A stretch of 35,423 nucleotides of DNA from a virus (taxonomy: Duplodnaviria; Caudoviricetes): IMG/VR virus record IMGVR_UViG_3300033076_001273, positions 1 through 35,423 of that record; one strand, written 5' to 3'. A program made the position numbers and the translations under genes. The stretch's first letter is position 1. Every line of letters starts with the position of its first letter. The notes below the pieces were generated by a model. That model saw only the letters and a list, made by a program, of their open reading frames with translations, was not told the DNA's origin and did no database searches. Below, piece by piece: positions 8,799 to 15,924 of this stretch.

Positions 8799-9107
8799 TT
8801 AATCACCGGAGTCAATGCTATAAGAGTCTCCACAATGCTTACAGGTATAAGAATAGTAACAACGACCAATTTTTCTTTCATTGAATTCATGTGTACATGG
8901 TTGACCGTCCTTATTAAGACTAACTACGCCTGTCGGCTCATAGGATGCAAACATGCCTTTTGGCATACAGTTACGACATGCAATGGTGTTAGTCTCCTTA
9001 TCATAAGATCTGTTTAATTGGGCTACGTAGCTCATTTCGCTTTCAGGAGGAGTTTGTCTTAGGGTGCCGTTACATACTGGGCAGGTTCCTTGTGGTTTAT
9101 GGTTCAT
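8799..9107 (-). CDS. Cys-rich, probable zinc-binding protein
   Basis: CPVC, CRNC, CTH and CKHC motifs in 102 aa. Confidence 0.7.
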   Translation of the reverse strand: MNHKPQGTCPVCNGTLRQTPPESEMSYVAQLNRSYDKETNTIACRNCMPKGMFASYEPTGVVSLNKDGQPCTHEFNERKIGRCYYSYTCKHCGDSYSIDSGD

Positions 9108-9119
9108 ATTGACTGATTT

Positions 9120-9160
9120 GTTATACTGCTAATTTACAACATTCCCGTGACAAAAAAAAA
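9120..9160 (-). promoter_or_regulatory. class A promoter
   Basis: Minus strand TTTTTGTCACGGGAATGTTGTAAATTAGCAGTATAAC. Confidence 0.6.
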
Positions 9161-9210
9161 TATTTTAGCAAGTATTTTTAAAATATTTAGGACCTCTTTT
9201 TTTAAAGAGC

Positions 9211-9272
9211 AGGTCGGAGTCTACGCGCCGGGTGCCTCAGTGACACCTCATCAGTAGCATGGGCTCCGACCT
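9211..9272 (-). ncRNA. candidate structured small RNA
   Basis: 9-bp closing stem AGGTCGGAG/CTCCGACCT with inner stems CTAC/GTAG and GGTGTC/GGCACC; lies directly downstream of a class A promoter (9276-9312); no plausible ORF seen. Confidence 0.45.
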
Positions 9273-9275
9273 TTA

Positions 9276-9366
9276 ACTACATAGCTAATATACGACAAAT
9301 TTTTGACATTTGAAAGCAATGTTCGTAACTTTTTTGGTGAAACAAATATGACTTAGATGGTATAAC
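9276..9366. promoter_or_regulatory. divergent promoter pair: class A (-, 9276-9312), GTTCGTAAC box (9321-9329), class B (+, 9338-9366)
   Basis: Minus strand TGTCAAAAATTTGTCGTATATTAGC; plus strand TGAAAC-N17-TATAAC. Confidence 0.65.
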
Positions 9367-9371
9367 AGTAG

Positions 9372-9441
9372 ATCTGATTGATGCCGTAGAGATACGGACA
9401 TACATGGGCCCCAGCAACAGCAGGCTTGGGGCCCATTTTTT
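9372..9441 (+). ncRNA. candidate ~70-nt small RNA ending in a terminator
   Basis: Class B promoter upstream; CCGTA-GAGA-TACGG GNRA hairpin; terminator ATGGGCCCCA..TGGGGCCCAT-TTTTT. Confidence 0.45.
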
Positions 9442-9520
9442 AGCCATTGGGACCCAAAAACGCGAATTAGGGCCCCAAAGAAGGCCCAGACGTATATTTA
9501 CATGCCCCCGCCGGAAAAAA

Positions 9521-9606
9521 TGACTTGTGGATCACAAAGTAGCGCATTGCAGGTCACCTGGGCGCAAAAATGATCTATAAGTACTAAGCATGTGATCCAC
9601 AAGTCA
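9521..9606. repeat. perfect 16-bp inverted repeat containing DnaA-box-like 9-mers
   Basis: TGACTTGTGGATCACA (9521-9536) and TGTGATCCACAAGTCA (9591-9606) with a 54-nt spacer. Confidence 0.8.
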
Positions 9607-9642
9607 CTCTAGAGCGCTCTATGTCGCGCGCACCCACCAAAA

Positions 9643-9720
9643 AAATGTTCGTAACTTTTTTAAAATAAAGGCTAAAAAGTTTTTTATTGTCAAGGATTTG
9701 TTGTATATTTACATATAATT
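9643..9720 (+). promoter_or_regulatory. GTTCGTAAC box (9647-9655) and class A promoter
   Basis: AAATGTTCGTAACTTTTT...TTTTTATTGTCAAGGATTTGTTGTATATTTACATATAAT. Confidence 0.75.
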
Positions 9721-9749
9721 AATCAGATAACCTAAAAAACAGCTCATTT

Positions 9750-10187
9750 ATGAAAAATCAGATCTTCAACACAGAACGCATTAACCAAGTAGATTTCATC
9801 CAAGGACGCCAAGGCCAATACAGAGCCATTGTGAAGGTCCAAGCCGGTTTCATGACCACAGTCGATGACTTAGGCATCCAAGCTAACTGGGGTAAGCAAC
9901 AGTGGAACTCACCCATGGACGTCTTCAGAGGCTTCAAACGCGGCGCACTACAGACAATTCAATTTAAAGCAGCAGATACTGATACATGGTTAACAGTCTT
10001 CGCAAGATCAGGTAACAAGATCAAACTTATGGATACCGAAATGTTTCAAGTTATGACAGTAGGGGACATTAATCAAGATTGGTCAAAAACCAACCTTTAT
10101 AGTCAAACAAATTACAGATTAGCCGGAGCTAAGACTTGGGCCGATAAAGCCTTTGTAAGCAACGAAGCCTCTCCAGTAGCAGCTTAA
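9750..10187 (+). CDS. hypothetical early protein
   Basis: 145 aa ORF after a consensus class A promoter; AACAGCTCA leader shared with the ATPase gene. Confidence 0.75.
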   Translation: MKNQIFNTERINQVDFIQGRQGQYRAIVKVQAGFMTTVDDLGIQANWGKQQWNSPMDVFRGFKRGALQTIQFKAADTDTWLTVFARSGNKIKLMDTEMFQVMTVGDINQDWSKTNLYSQTNYRLAGAKTWADKAFVSNEASPVAA

Positions 10188-10189
10188 CC

Positions 10190-11545
10190 CCCAAGCTAAC
10201 CCCAGCAAAGCTCCGGGAGCACTTACCCAGAAGCTTCCCCAGGAGCTCGCCGGCGAAGCCCCAGAGCGCTCCCAGGAGCTCCCGGTGTCCCAGAAGCACT
10301 TGAAACAAAAAGCTGAAAGTACCATAGGACCAAGGGGCTTCGCCAAGAGGCAGGTAAGCCTGGGAGCTCTAGGCTAACCAGCAGCTCTAGGCAATCAGCT
10401 AGCGCCAGCAGCGCCGCCGGAGCTCCCAGAGCTTACAGGCAACAGTAGCACAGAGTGAGCCGATTAGTACACTGTATGGGTACATGGACACTGAGAGCCA
10501 TGAGCCATTTATCACATATATGAGCCATTGAGCGAATAAGAGCCTTAAGGCTCACTTGGGTACCCAGAGTCATGGTGACCCAGGGGCTCAGATTTAAAAA
10601 AGCGAGTCCACATAAATGCGTTTCGCGATTTAGGGCCTGTCATGGGCAAGCGGCCGCCGTGGCATGCCTAAAAAAACTAAAGATAGCTGAGCTTCAATGT
10701 GACTTAGTGTTCTTTGTGCGCATTGAGTGACACACCCCGGGGGAGCGCTCTTTTGGCCTTCGTTGGCGGTACACAGAGGGACTCAGAGGACCCAGTGGGC
10801 CCAGAATTCCCGGGGGACCCAGAAGCCTCTTTGGGCCCCTATGGATCCCAAAAGCCATTCGCGCGCCAACAGCGGTACAAACACCTCAGATACCCAGAAG
10901 ACCCAGATCACAAACAAACACTGATACCTTATAGAATACACATAAAAGAGGACAGTGAAACCCAGAGGACTCAGTATACACGTTATTTCCCCTGGAAAAA
11001 CGTTTAGAGACGCAGAGTCGCCAGTAGCTAAAAATTTCCAGGGGGTGGGGGAGGCCCTCCAGGCCCTATCCAAGTCTTAGAGTCCTTAGAGTAGCTTAGA
11101 GAATCCGGGACCCAAAAGCTTAGATGACTCAGAGACCCAGAGAATGGCAAAAAGTCTACTAAAAAGACCCCGAGGCCAAAAGTAGGCCCATGGCCCTAAT
11201 AGTAGGCCCGAAGTGCAAAAAGCCCCCGTCAGTCGCGCGATATTCCGTTATTCATCAGAGCCGTCTCGGAGGACGTTTTCGGTTCAGAGCAATCGCGATG
11301 GGCACCATCAGTGACTTAGAGTGCTCAAATTCCCCCAGGGGCGCAATAAATAAAGTAGATAGATAGTAAAACGCCAATCTAATAGTTGCTATGTCGTTTA
11401 CGACAAATGTCTACAAAACGCGCGACAATCACACCGAAGCAAATCTGAGTCCCTCGGGGACCAAACAAGTACCAAGGGCCTAGAGTGGGCTTTTTTAGTT
11501 TTAGGGGCCCGCTGGGGTGAAATTTCCCTAAGGGGTTCAGAGACA
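10190..11545. other. GC-rich non-coding block dense in short palindromes and short direct repeats
   Basis: Only implausible ORFs; many 6-14 bp palindromes; recurring ACCCAGA, GAGCCA and CTTAGAG words. Confidence 0.7.
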
Positions 11546-11553
11546 CGAACGAA

Positions 11554-11583
11554 TGAAACAATCAAAGTAACCTAGAATATAAT
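11554..11583 (+). promoter_or_regulatory. class B promoter (18-nt spacer)
   Basis: TGAAAC-N18-TATAAT before ATG 11604. Confidence 0.6.
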
Positions 11584-11603
11584 CATTAAATATTAAGAGT
11601 AAC

Positions 11604-11858
11604 ATGAAGATAGAAAAGTTTGAGGACCTAGTTGCCCAATTTAGCGAACACGGTCTAGTAGTTGGCCCACAGTTTAGAACGAATGCCCTAAGCATGAGCT
11701 TGAATGGTAGCATCATTGCCACCGTAAGTAAAAGCGGCGACAAAAAGGTCTACGTTGGCGTAAAATATCCCAGATCGTTTGTTGAAAAAATGCAAAATCT
11801 TCATGAGTCTAAAGTAGTTGGCCATGTTGATGCCAACATGAACCTAAGAAAATACTAA
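11604..11858 (+). CDS. hypothetical protein
   Basis: 84 aa ORF after promoter. Confidence 0.65.
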   Translation: MKIEKFEDLVAQFSEHGLVVGPQFRTNALSMSLNGSIIATVSKSGDKKVYVGVKYPRSFVEKMQNLHESKVVGHVDANMNLRKY

Positions 11859-11864
11859 GTTGTG

Positions 11865-12110
11865 ATGAACGGACAAGGAATTTTTGACTTGATGGACCAA
11901 GCGGTTTGCCAATTTCTACACATCACCATGGATCAATTAGACTACATCACTGAAAAGGCGACCATGGAAGAATTACACCAAATGACTGACGTAGTCTTTG
12001 ATGAAGAGACAAAGATCAGTGACGTTAAACAAGCTATTCAAATCAGAGACAAGTATCTTAAAGAGAACGGAATTTGGATCGAACTGGAACCTAGAACTAG
12101 CGCTGAATAA
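11865..12110 (+). CDS. hypothetical protein
   Basis: ~81 aa ORF (GTG 11862 or ATG 11865). Confidence 0.65.
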   Translation: MNGQGIFDLMDQAVCQFLHITMDQLDYITEKATMEELHQMTDVVFDEETKISDVKQAIQIRDKYLKENGIWIELEPRTSAE

Positions 12111-12200
12111 AATTTCCTAAATTTTTCCCTAAACCGGCTGAAATTTGATCGAAGGGTTAATAGATATGCTAACCAATTTAAAAAAATATGATTAGCTCAC

Positions 12201-12593
12201 ATGTTCACTCCGAATCACCTTCACTTGATAGTTAAAGGTACATTTAAAAATCCACCAAAATCAGAAGAAGTTTTAAACGACTGGTTTAAAAGACTAGTCG
12301 AAAAAGTAAGAATGGTTGTAGTTGCTGGACCGACTTCGGTTTATGTAAACGAACCAGGAAACGAAGGCATCACAGGCACAGTTACACTTGCTACTAGCCA
12401 CAGCTCAATTCACGTTTGGGATCAATTAGATCCAGCGATGTTTCAATTTGACATTTATTCATGTTCTTGCTTTAGCGCTGAAGAAGTTCTAAGTCACTTA
12501 GACGAATTTGGTTTAGTAGAATATGAATGGATCTATATAGACCGAAACGAGGGATTGGAATTGGTATCTAAGGGATCCAAGCAGGTATACTAA
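12201..12593 (+). CDS. speD: pyruvoyl-dependent S-adenosylmethionine decarboxylase-family proenzyme
   Basis: HLHLIV, GITGTVTLATSHSSIHVW, FDIYSC; self-cleavage site reads TSH instead of ESH. Confidence 0.75.
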   Translation: MFTPNHLHLIVKGTFKNPPKSEEVLNDWFKRLVEKVRMVVVAGPTSVYVNEPGNEGITGTVTLATSHSSIHVWDQLDPAMFQFDIYSCSCFSAEEVLSHLDEFGLVEYEWIYIDRNEGLELVSKGSKQVY

Positions 12594-12602
12594 CCTGAAA
12601 AT

Positions 12603-12677
12603 GTTCGTAACTTTTTAGAAAATAATTGAGCCCAAATTTTTTAGTTTGGGCTTTTTTGTGTATATTAGCTCTATAAT
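12603..12677 (+). promoter_or_regulatory. GTTCGTAAC box (12603-12611), terminator hairpin (12629-12657) and overlapping class A promoter
   Basis: AGCCCAAA/TTTGGGCT-TTTTT followed by GTGTATATTAGCTCTATAATTAAAAACAAAC. Confidence 0.6.
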
Positions 12678-12691
12678 TAAAAACAAACTAT

Positions 12692-12997
12692 ATGGACATT
12701 CAAAATCAAATCGAGCTAGTGAACAAGATTGTTACTGCTCACTACATCAACAACGCAGTTTATTGCAAATTACACAATATTAGTGTAAGCGAACAAGAAC
12801 ACATCATTCAAATCGGTACATCTATTCTTTGTACAAAATGGGGTGTTGGTTATCCTGGTGGCAGCTTTGTTCAATCTTTCGTTAATAACGATTTAATGGG
12901 CGCAATCGGTCGTGCAGATGAAACCAGTTATAAAGGTTTCAAGTTTTTCGCATCTCTAATGTATAACGTTGGTATGCCATTAGAATTAAGCAAATAA
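12692..12997 (+). CDS. conserved phage hypothetical protein
   Basis: PGGSFVQSFVNNDLMGAIGRAD resembles a motif recurrent in small phage proteins. Confidence 0.7.
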   Translation: MDIQNQIELVNKIVTAHYINNAVYCKLHNISVSEQEHIIQIGTSILCTKWGVGYPGGSFVQSFVNNDLMGAIGRADETSYKGFKFFASLMYNVGMPLELSK

Positions 12998-13022
12998 ACA
13001 AAATTCACTTTTTAAATATAAT
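12994..13022 (+). promoter_or_regulatory. class B-like promoter
   Basis: ATAAAC-N17-TATAAT, very close to ATG 13027. Confidence 0.45.
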
Positions 13023-13026
13023 AGAC

Positions 13027-13941
13027 ATGATAACATTAGATTTAGTAAACCTGGAAAAATCACAGATTAAGTATAAGATTAGTCGATTTCCCGATGGTCA
13101 ACAAACAGTTGATTTGACAGAATGGTATGATCTAAACAGATACCCTGATGCTGTTAAAATCAGTTCGCGTTTGAATACGTTCAAAGATTTAGAGTTGATT
13201 ATTTGTGCAGTTCAAGCCATCAGAAACTTGAAGCCTACTAGAGAAATCGTACTTTATGTGCCTTATTTCATGGGAGCTAGATCTGATCGTAAATTTGCTG
13301 AGGGTGGAGTTAACTACTTAAAACAAGTAATATGTCCAATTATCAATTCATTGAACTTGACTTCGATTTTGGTATTGGATCCACACTCTGACGTATTGGA
13401 AGCTTGTTTGAATAACTATGATAAAATTAATAATCATACCGTAGTTAAACATGCTCTTATTGCTATAGATAATAAGAATGATGCACCTCAGCGTACAGCT
13501 ATCGTTTCACCAGATGCAGGTGCTTTAAAGAAAATCTTTGACATCGCACAGAAATTTGGCATTGAAAAAGTAGTCACTGCTGGAAAAGTTAGAGATATGA
13601 AAACTGGTAAGATCCTTAAGACTGAATTGCCAGCGACTGATTGGACAGGAATTCAACAAGTAGTTATCATTGATGACATTTGCGATGGTGGTAGAACTTT
13701 CATTGAATTATCTAAAGCTATTCGCGAATCAGGTTTTACTGATAAGATCTATTTGATAGTAACACACGGTATCTTTAGCGCAGGATTCGATTCTCTTGAT
13801 GGATGCTTCGATGGCATATTTTGTACCAATTCTTATGAAAATATCGAATCTAAAGCATACGGAGATAAAGCTTCTACTACAAACAGTAAAGGATCAAGCA
13901 TAACTAAACCAAATTTCGTAACGCAATTTAACGTATTTTAA
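13027..13941 (+). CDS. ribose-phosphate pyrophosphokinase-like protein; probable ADPR-PP synthetase (Adps, NARP1)
   Basis: RFPDGQ, YVPYFMGARSDR, LDPHS, IVSPDAGA, IIDDICDGGRTF, VTHGIFS. Confidence 0.85.
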   Translation: MITLDLVNLEKSQIKYKISRFPDGQQTVDLTEWYDLNRYPDAVKISSRLNTFKDLELIICAVQAIRNLKPTREIVLYVPYFMGARSDRKFAEGGVNYLKQVICPIINSLNLTSILVLDPHSDVLEACLNNYDKINNHTVVKHALIAIDNKNDAPQRTAIVSPDAGALKKIFDIAQKFGIEKVVTAGKVRDMKTGKILKTELPATDWTGIQQVVIIDDICDGGRTFIELSKAIRESGFTDKIYLIVTHGIFSAGFDSLDGCFDGIFCTNSYENIESKAYGDKASTTNSKGSSITKPNFVTQFNVF

Positions 13942-13943
13942 TT

Positions 13944-14462
13944 ATGGAATATAATGAAATTGAAGGTGATTTAATCAAATTAGCCAAAGAAGGTAAGTTT
14001 GATGTAATCACACACGGTTGCAATTGTCTTTCAAGTATGGGAGCTGGAATAGCACCACAAATGGCAAAAGCATTTGGAGTTGATAGATTTGAAATGGAAA
14101 CATGGGGTGCAACTATTCATAAATTAGGATGCATTGATTGGCAAACGTTTGTACTTGGAGAGAAAGCTATTTGGTCTTTAGAAGATGCTAAGAATAATCG
14201 TAATGAACCAGAATTAGTCGTTGTAAATTCATATACGCAGTTTCGTTATGGCAAAAATCATGCTGATGGAGATTCAAAGCCTTTAGACTATGAAGCATTG
14301 ACTATGTGTATGCGTAAAATCAATAATGAATTTAAAGGTAAACATATTGGTTTGCCAAAGATTGGAGCGGGATTGGCTGGAGGAGATTGGAACCGAATTA
14401 AACAGATCATTCAAACCGAATTAAAAGACATGAAAGTGTCAGTAGTAATTTATAAACCATAA
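13944..14462 (+). CDS. macrodomain ADP-ribose hydrolase (T4 Tk.4/DarG-like)
   Basis: GDLI, HGCNCLSSMGAGIA, LPKIGAGLAGGDW. Confidence 0.85.
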   Translation: MEYNEIEGDLIKLAKEGKFDVITHGCNCLSSMGAGIAPQMAKAFGVDRFEMETWGATIHKLGCIDWQTFVLGEKAIWSLEDAKNNRNEPELVVVNSYTQFRYGKNHADGDSKPLDYEALTMCMRKINNEFKGKHIGLPKIGAGLAGGDWNRIKQIIQTELKDMKVSVVIYKP

Positions 14463-14465
14463 GAT

Positions 14466-14630
14466 ATGAAATTTTTAAAAGAATATTTAGCACCAACTTA
14501 TTTAGGGCTTGCAGTAGGATTATTCGCTAATGTACACTGGAATCAATGGCAATTTTATGCAATCATCGTACCATTCTTTGTATTAGCTAAAATCACCGGA
14601 TTTAATAAAGGAGAAAATGAAAATAACTAA
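14466..14630 (+). CDS. small membrane protein (54 aa, absent from ORF track)
   Basis: MKFLKEYLAPTYLGLAVGLFANVHWNQWQFYAIIVPFFVLAKITGFNKGENENN* fills the gap between the macrodomain and NADAR genes. Confidence 0.65.
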   Translation: MKFLKEYLAPTYLGLAVGLFANVHWNQWQFYAIIVPFFVLAKITGFNKGENENN

Positions 14631-15096
14631 TAAACACGTATTTTTCTGGAACGGAATCTACTCTCAATGGCATAAAGCGCCAATGACAATCGATAAGATC
14701 GAATATAATTCATGTGAACAATACATGATGCATCAAAAGGCATTATTATTTGGAGACACTGAAATTGCTGAATTGATTATGAAAGAATCAAATCCTAGAG
14801 AGCAAAAGAAATATGGTCGAATGATTAAGAATTTTGACAAAGCCCTATGGGATAAAAACTGTTTAGCGATTGTCTATGAAGGTAATTTAGCAAAATTCAG
14901 TCAAAATGCTGACCTAAAAGAAGAGATGCTAAATACAGGAAATCGTATTTTTGTTGAAGCATCTCCGTTAGATACAATTTGGGGCATTGGAATGGCTGAA
15001 AATGAAATGGGAATTGATGACCCCTCTTTTTGGCAAGGTCTTAATCTATTAGGTCAAGCATTAACACTTGTAAAAAATCAATTGAGAACTGAGTAA
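14617..15096 (+). CDS. NADAR (YbiA-like) family protein
   Basis: YSQW, EQYMMHQKALLFGD, KKYGR, GNLAKFSQN, VEASPLDTIWGIG, WQGLNLLG. Confidence 0.9.
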   Translation: MKITNKHVFFWNGIYSQWHKAPMTIDKIEYNSCEQYMMHQKALLFGDTEIAELIMKESNPREQKKYGRMIKNFDKALWDKNCLAIVYEGNLAKFSQNADLKEEMLNTGNRIFVEASPLDTIWGIGMAENEMGIDDPSFWQGLNLLGQALTLVKNQLRTE

Positions 15097-15466
15097 TACA
15101 GAATGTCACTTTGGTAAGTTGCGCAAAGTGCAATTATTAGAAAATCATCTTTTAGAAGATTGGTGTCGTGAAAAATGTAATGATGAAGGTATCACTGAAA
15201 TTTCATCTTATAATGATTCATGGGAAGAAGAATTCAAAGATCATTTCCGTGAAAAGTATTTTATTGTAAATGGAGAAGCATGGGAAGTATTTGACCATGT
15301 TGAAAGTGAAGATGGATATGCAGACATTATGATTCCTAATGAAGATGGAACCATTACGTTCTTTATGGAATTTTATAATGGAGGCACATGCTTAACTGAG
15401 ATGGTGGAAGAAGGACTTGAACGTTTAAAACAGAAACAAAATGAGACAAACGGGACGAACAACTAG
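15089..15466 (+). CDS. acidic hypothetical protein (start uncertain: CTG 15089 or TTG 15119)
   Basis: Open frame with FYNGGTCLTE motif; no in-frame ATG near the 5' end. Confidence 0.6.
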   Translation: MSNTECHFGKLRKVQLLENHLLEDWCREKCNDEGITEISSYNDSWEEEFKDHFREKYFIVNGEAWEVFDHVESEDGYADIMIPNEDGTITFFMEFYNGGTCLTEMVEEGLERLKQKQNETNGTNN

Positions 15467-15731
15467 GATTGTTAACTTTACAATAGATCAATTACTAAGT
15501 TGCGGCAATGTGATTATTACAGATCATGCGATATTTGAAGGCCACGAAAAAGCTAATCACATATTAATTGACAAAGTGTATGAACATTGGAATAGGATGT
15601 GTTATAGTGAAAATAGTCATCTCTTATTAAAATTCAGAGAACATCACATTGGCCCGAATGAAGCTTTACCAGGTTCAAGACTTAAGACGATTCATTTTTA
15701 TCTTGTTCATAAACCAATTGATATAGTATAA
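15441..15731 (+). CDS. hypothetical protein
   Basis: 96 aa; begins with P-loop-like RQTGRTT. Confidence 0.6.
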   Translation: MRQTGRTTRIVNFTIDQLLSCGNVIITDHAIFEGHEKANHILIDKVYEHWNRMCYSENSHLLLKFREHHIGPNEALPGSRLKTIHFYLVHKPIDIV

Positions 15732-15737
15732 AACAAT

Positions 15738-15842
15738 AGTCAGGTAGGCGGATGGTCCGTACATTGAATTAGTGAACTTTTTTTGGATGATATATCATAA
15801 CTAATTCAAGTCCTACAACAGGTTCGAATCCTGTCCTGACTA
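15738..15842 (+). tRNA. atypical tRNA-like RNA (no assignable anticodon)
   Basis: Acceptor stem AGTCAGG/CCTGACT, T-arm ACAGG-TTCGAAT-CCTGT, short D-like hairpin; anticodon arm replaced by 10-bp stem TTGAATTAGT/ACTAATTCAA with a long loop; no encoded CCA. Confidence 0.6.
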
Positions 15843-15847
15843 CTATT

Positions 15848-15876
15848 TGAAACAAAACAAAAGTTCTTTATATAAA
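15848..15876 (+). promoter_or_regulatory. class B promoter
   Basis: TGAAAC-N17-TATAAA. Confidence 0.65.
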
Positions 15877-15924
15877 GAACATAACTAGCATCCAACTAAC
15901 GACGGTTGCACAATAACATATATT

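Noticed and set aside
9225-9260. Hammerhead ribozyme (CUGAUGAG followed by a stem on the minus strand)
   Set aside because: The required GAAA after stem II and an NUH cleavage junction are absent
10301-10330. Class B promoter at TGAAAC 10301
   Set aside because: No TATAA element at the 17-nt spacing
10119-11561. ORFs 10119-10346, 10714-11007, 10727-10924, 10783-11073 and 11379-11561
   Set aside because: Mutually overlapping, mostly weak starts, and composition unlike the phage's genes; likely by-products of the GC-rich block
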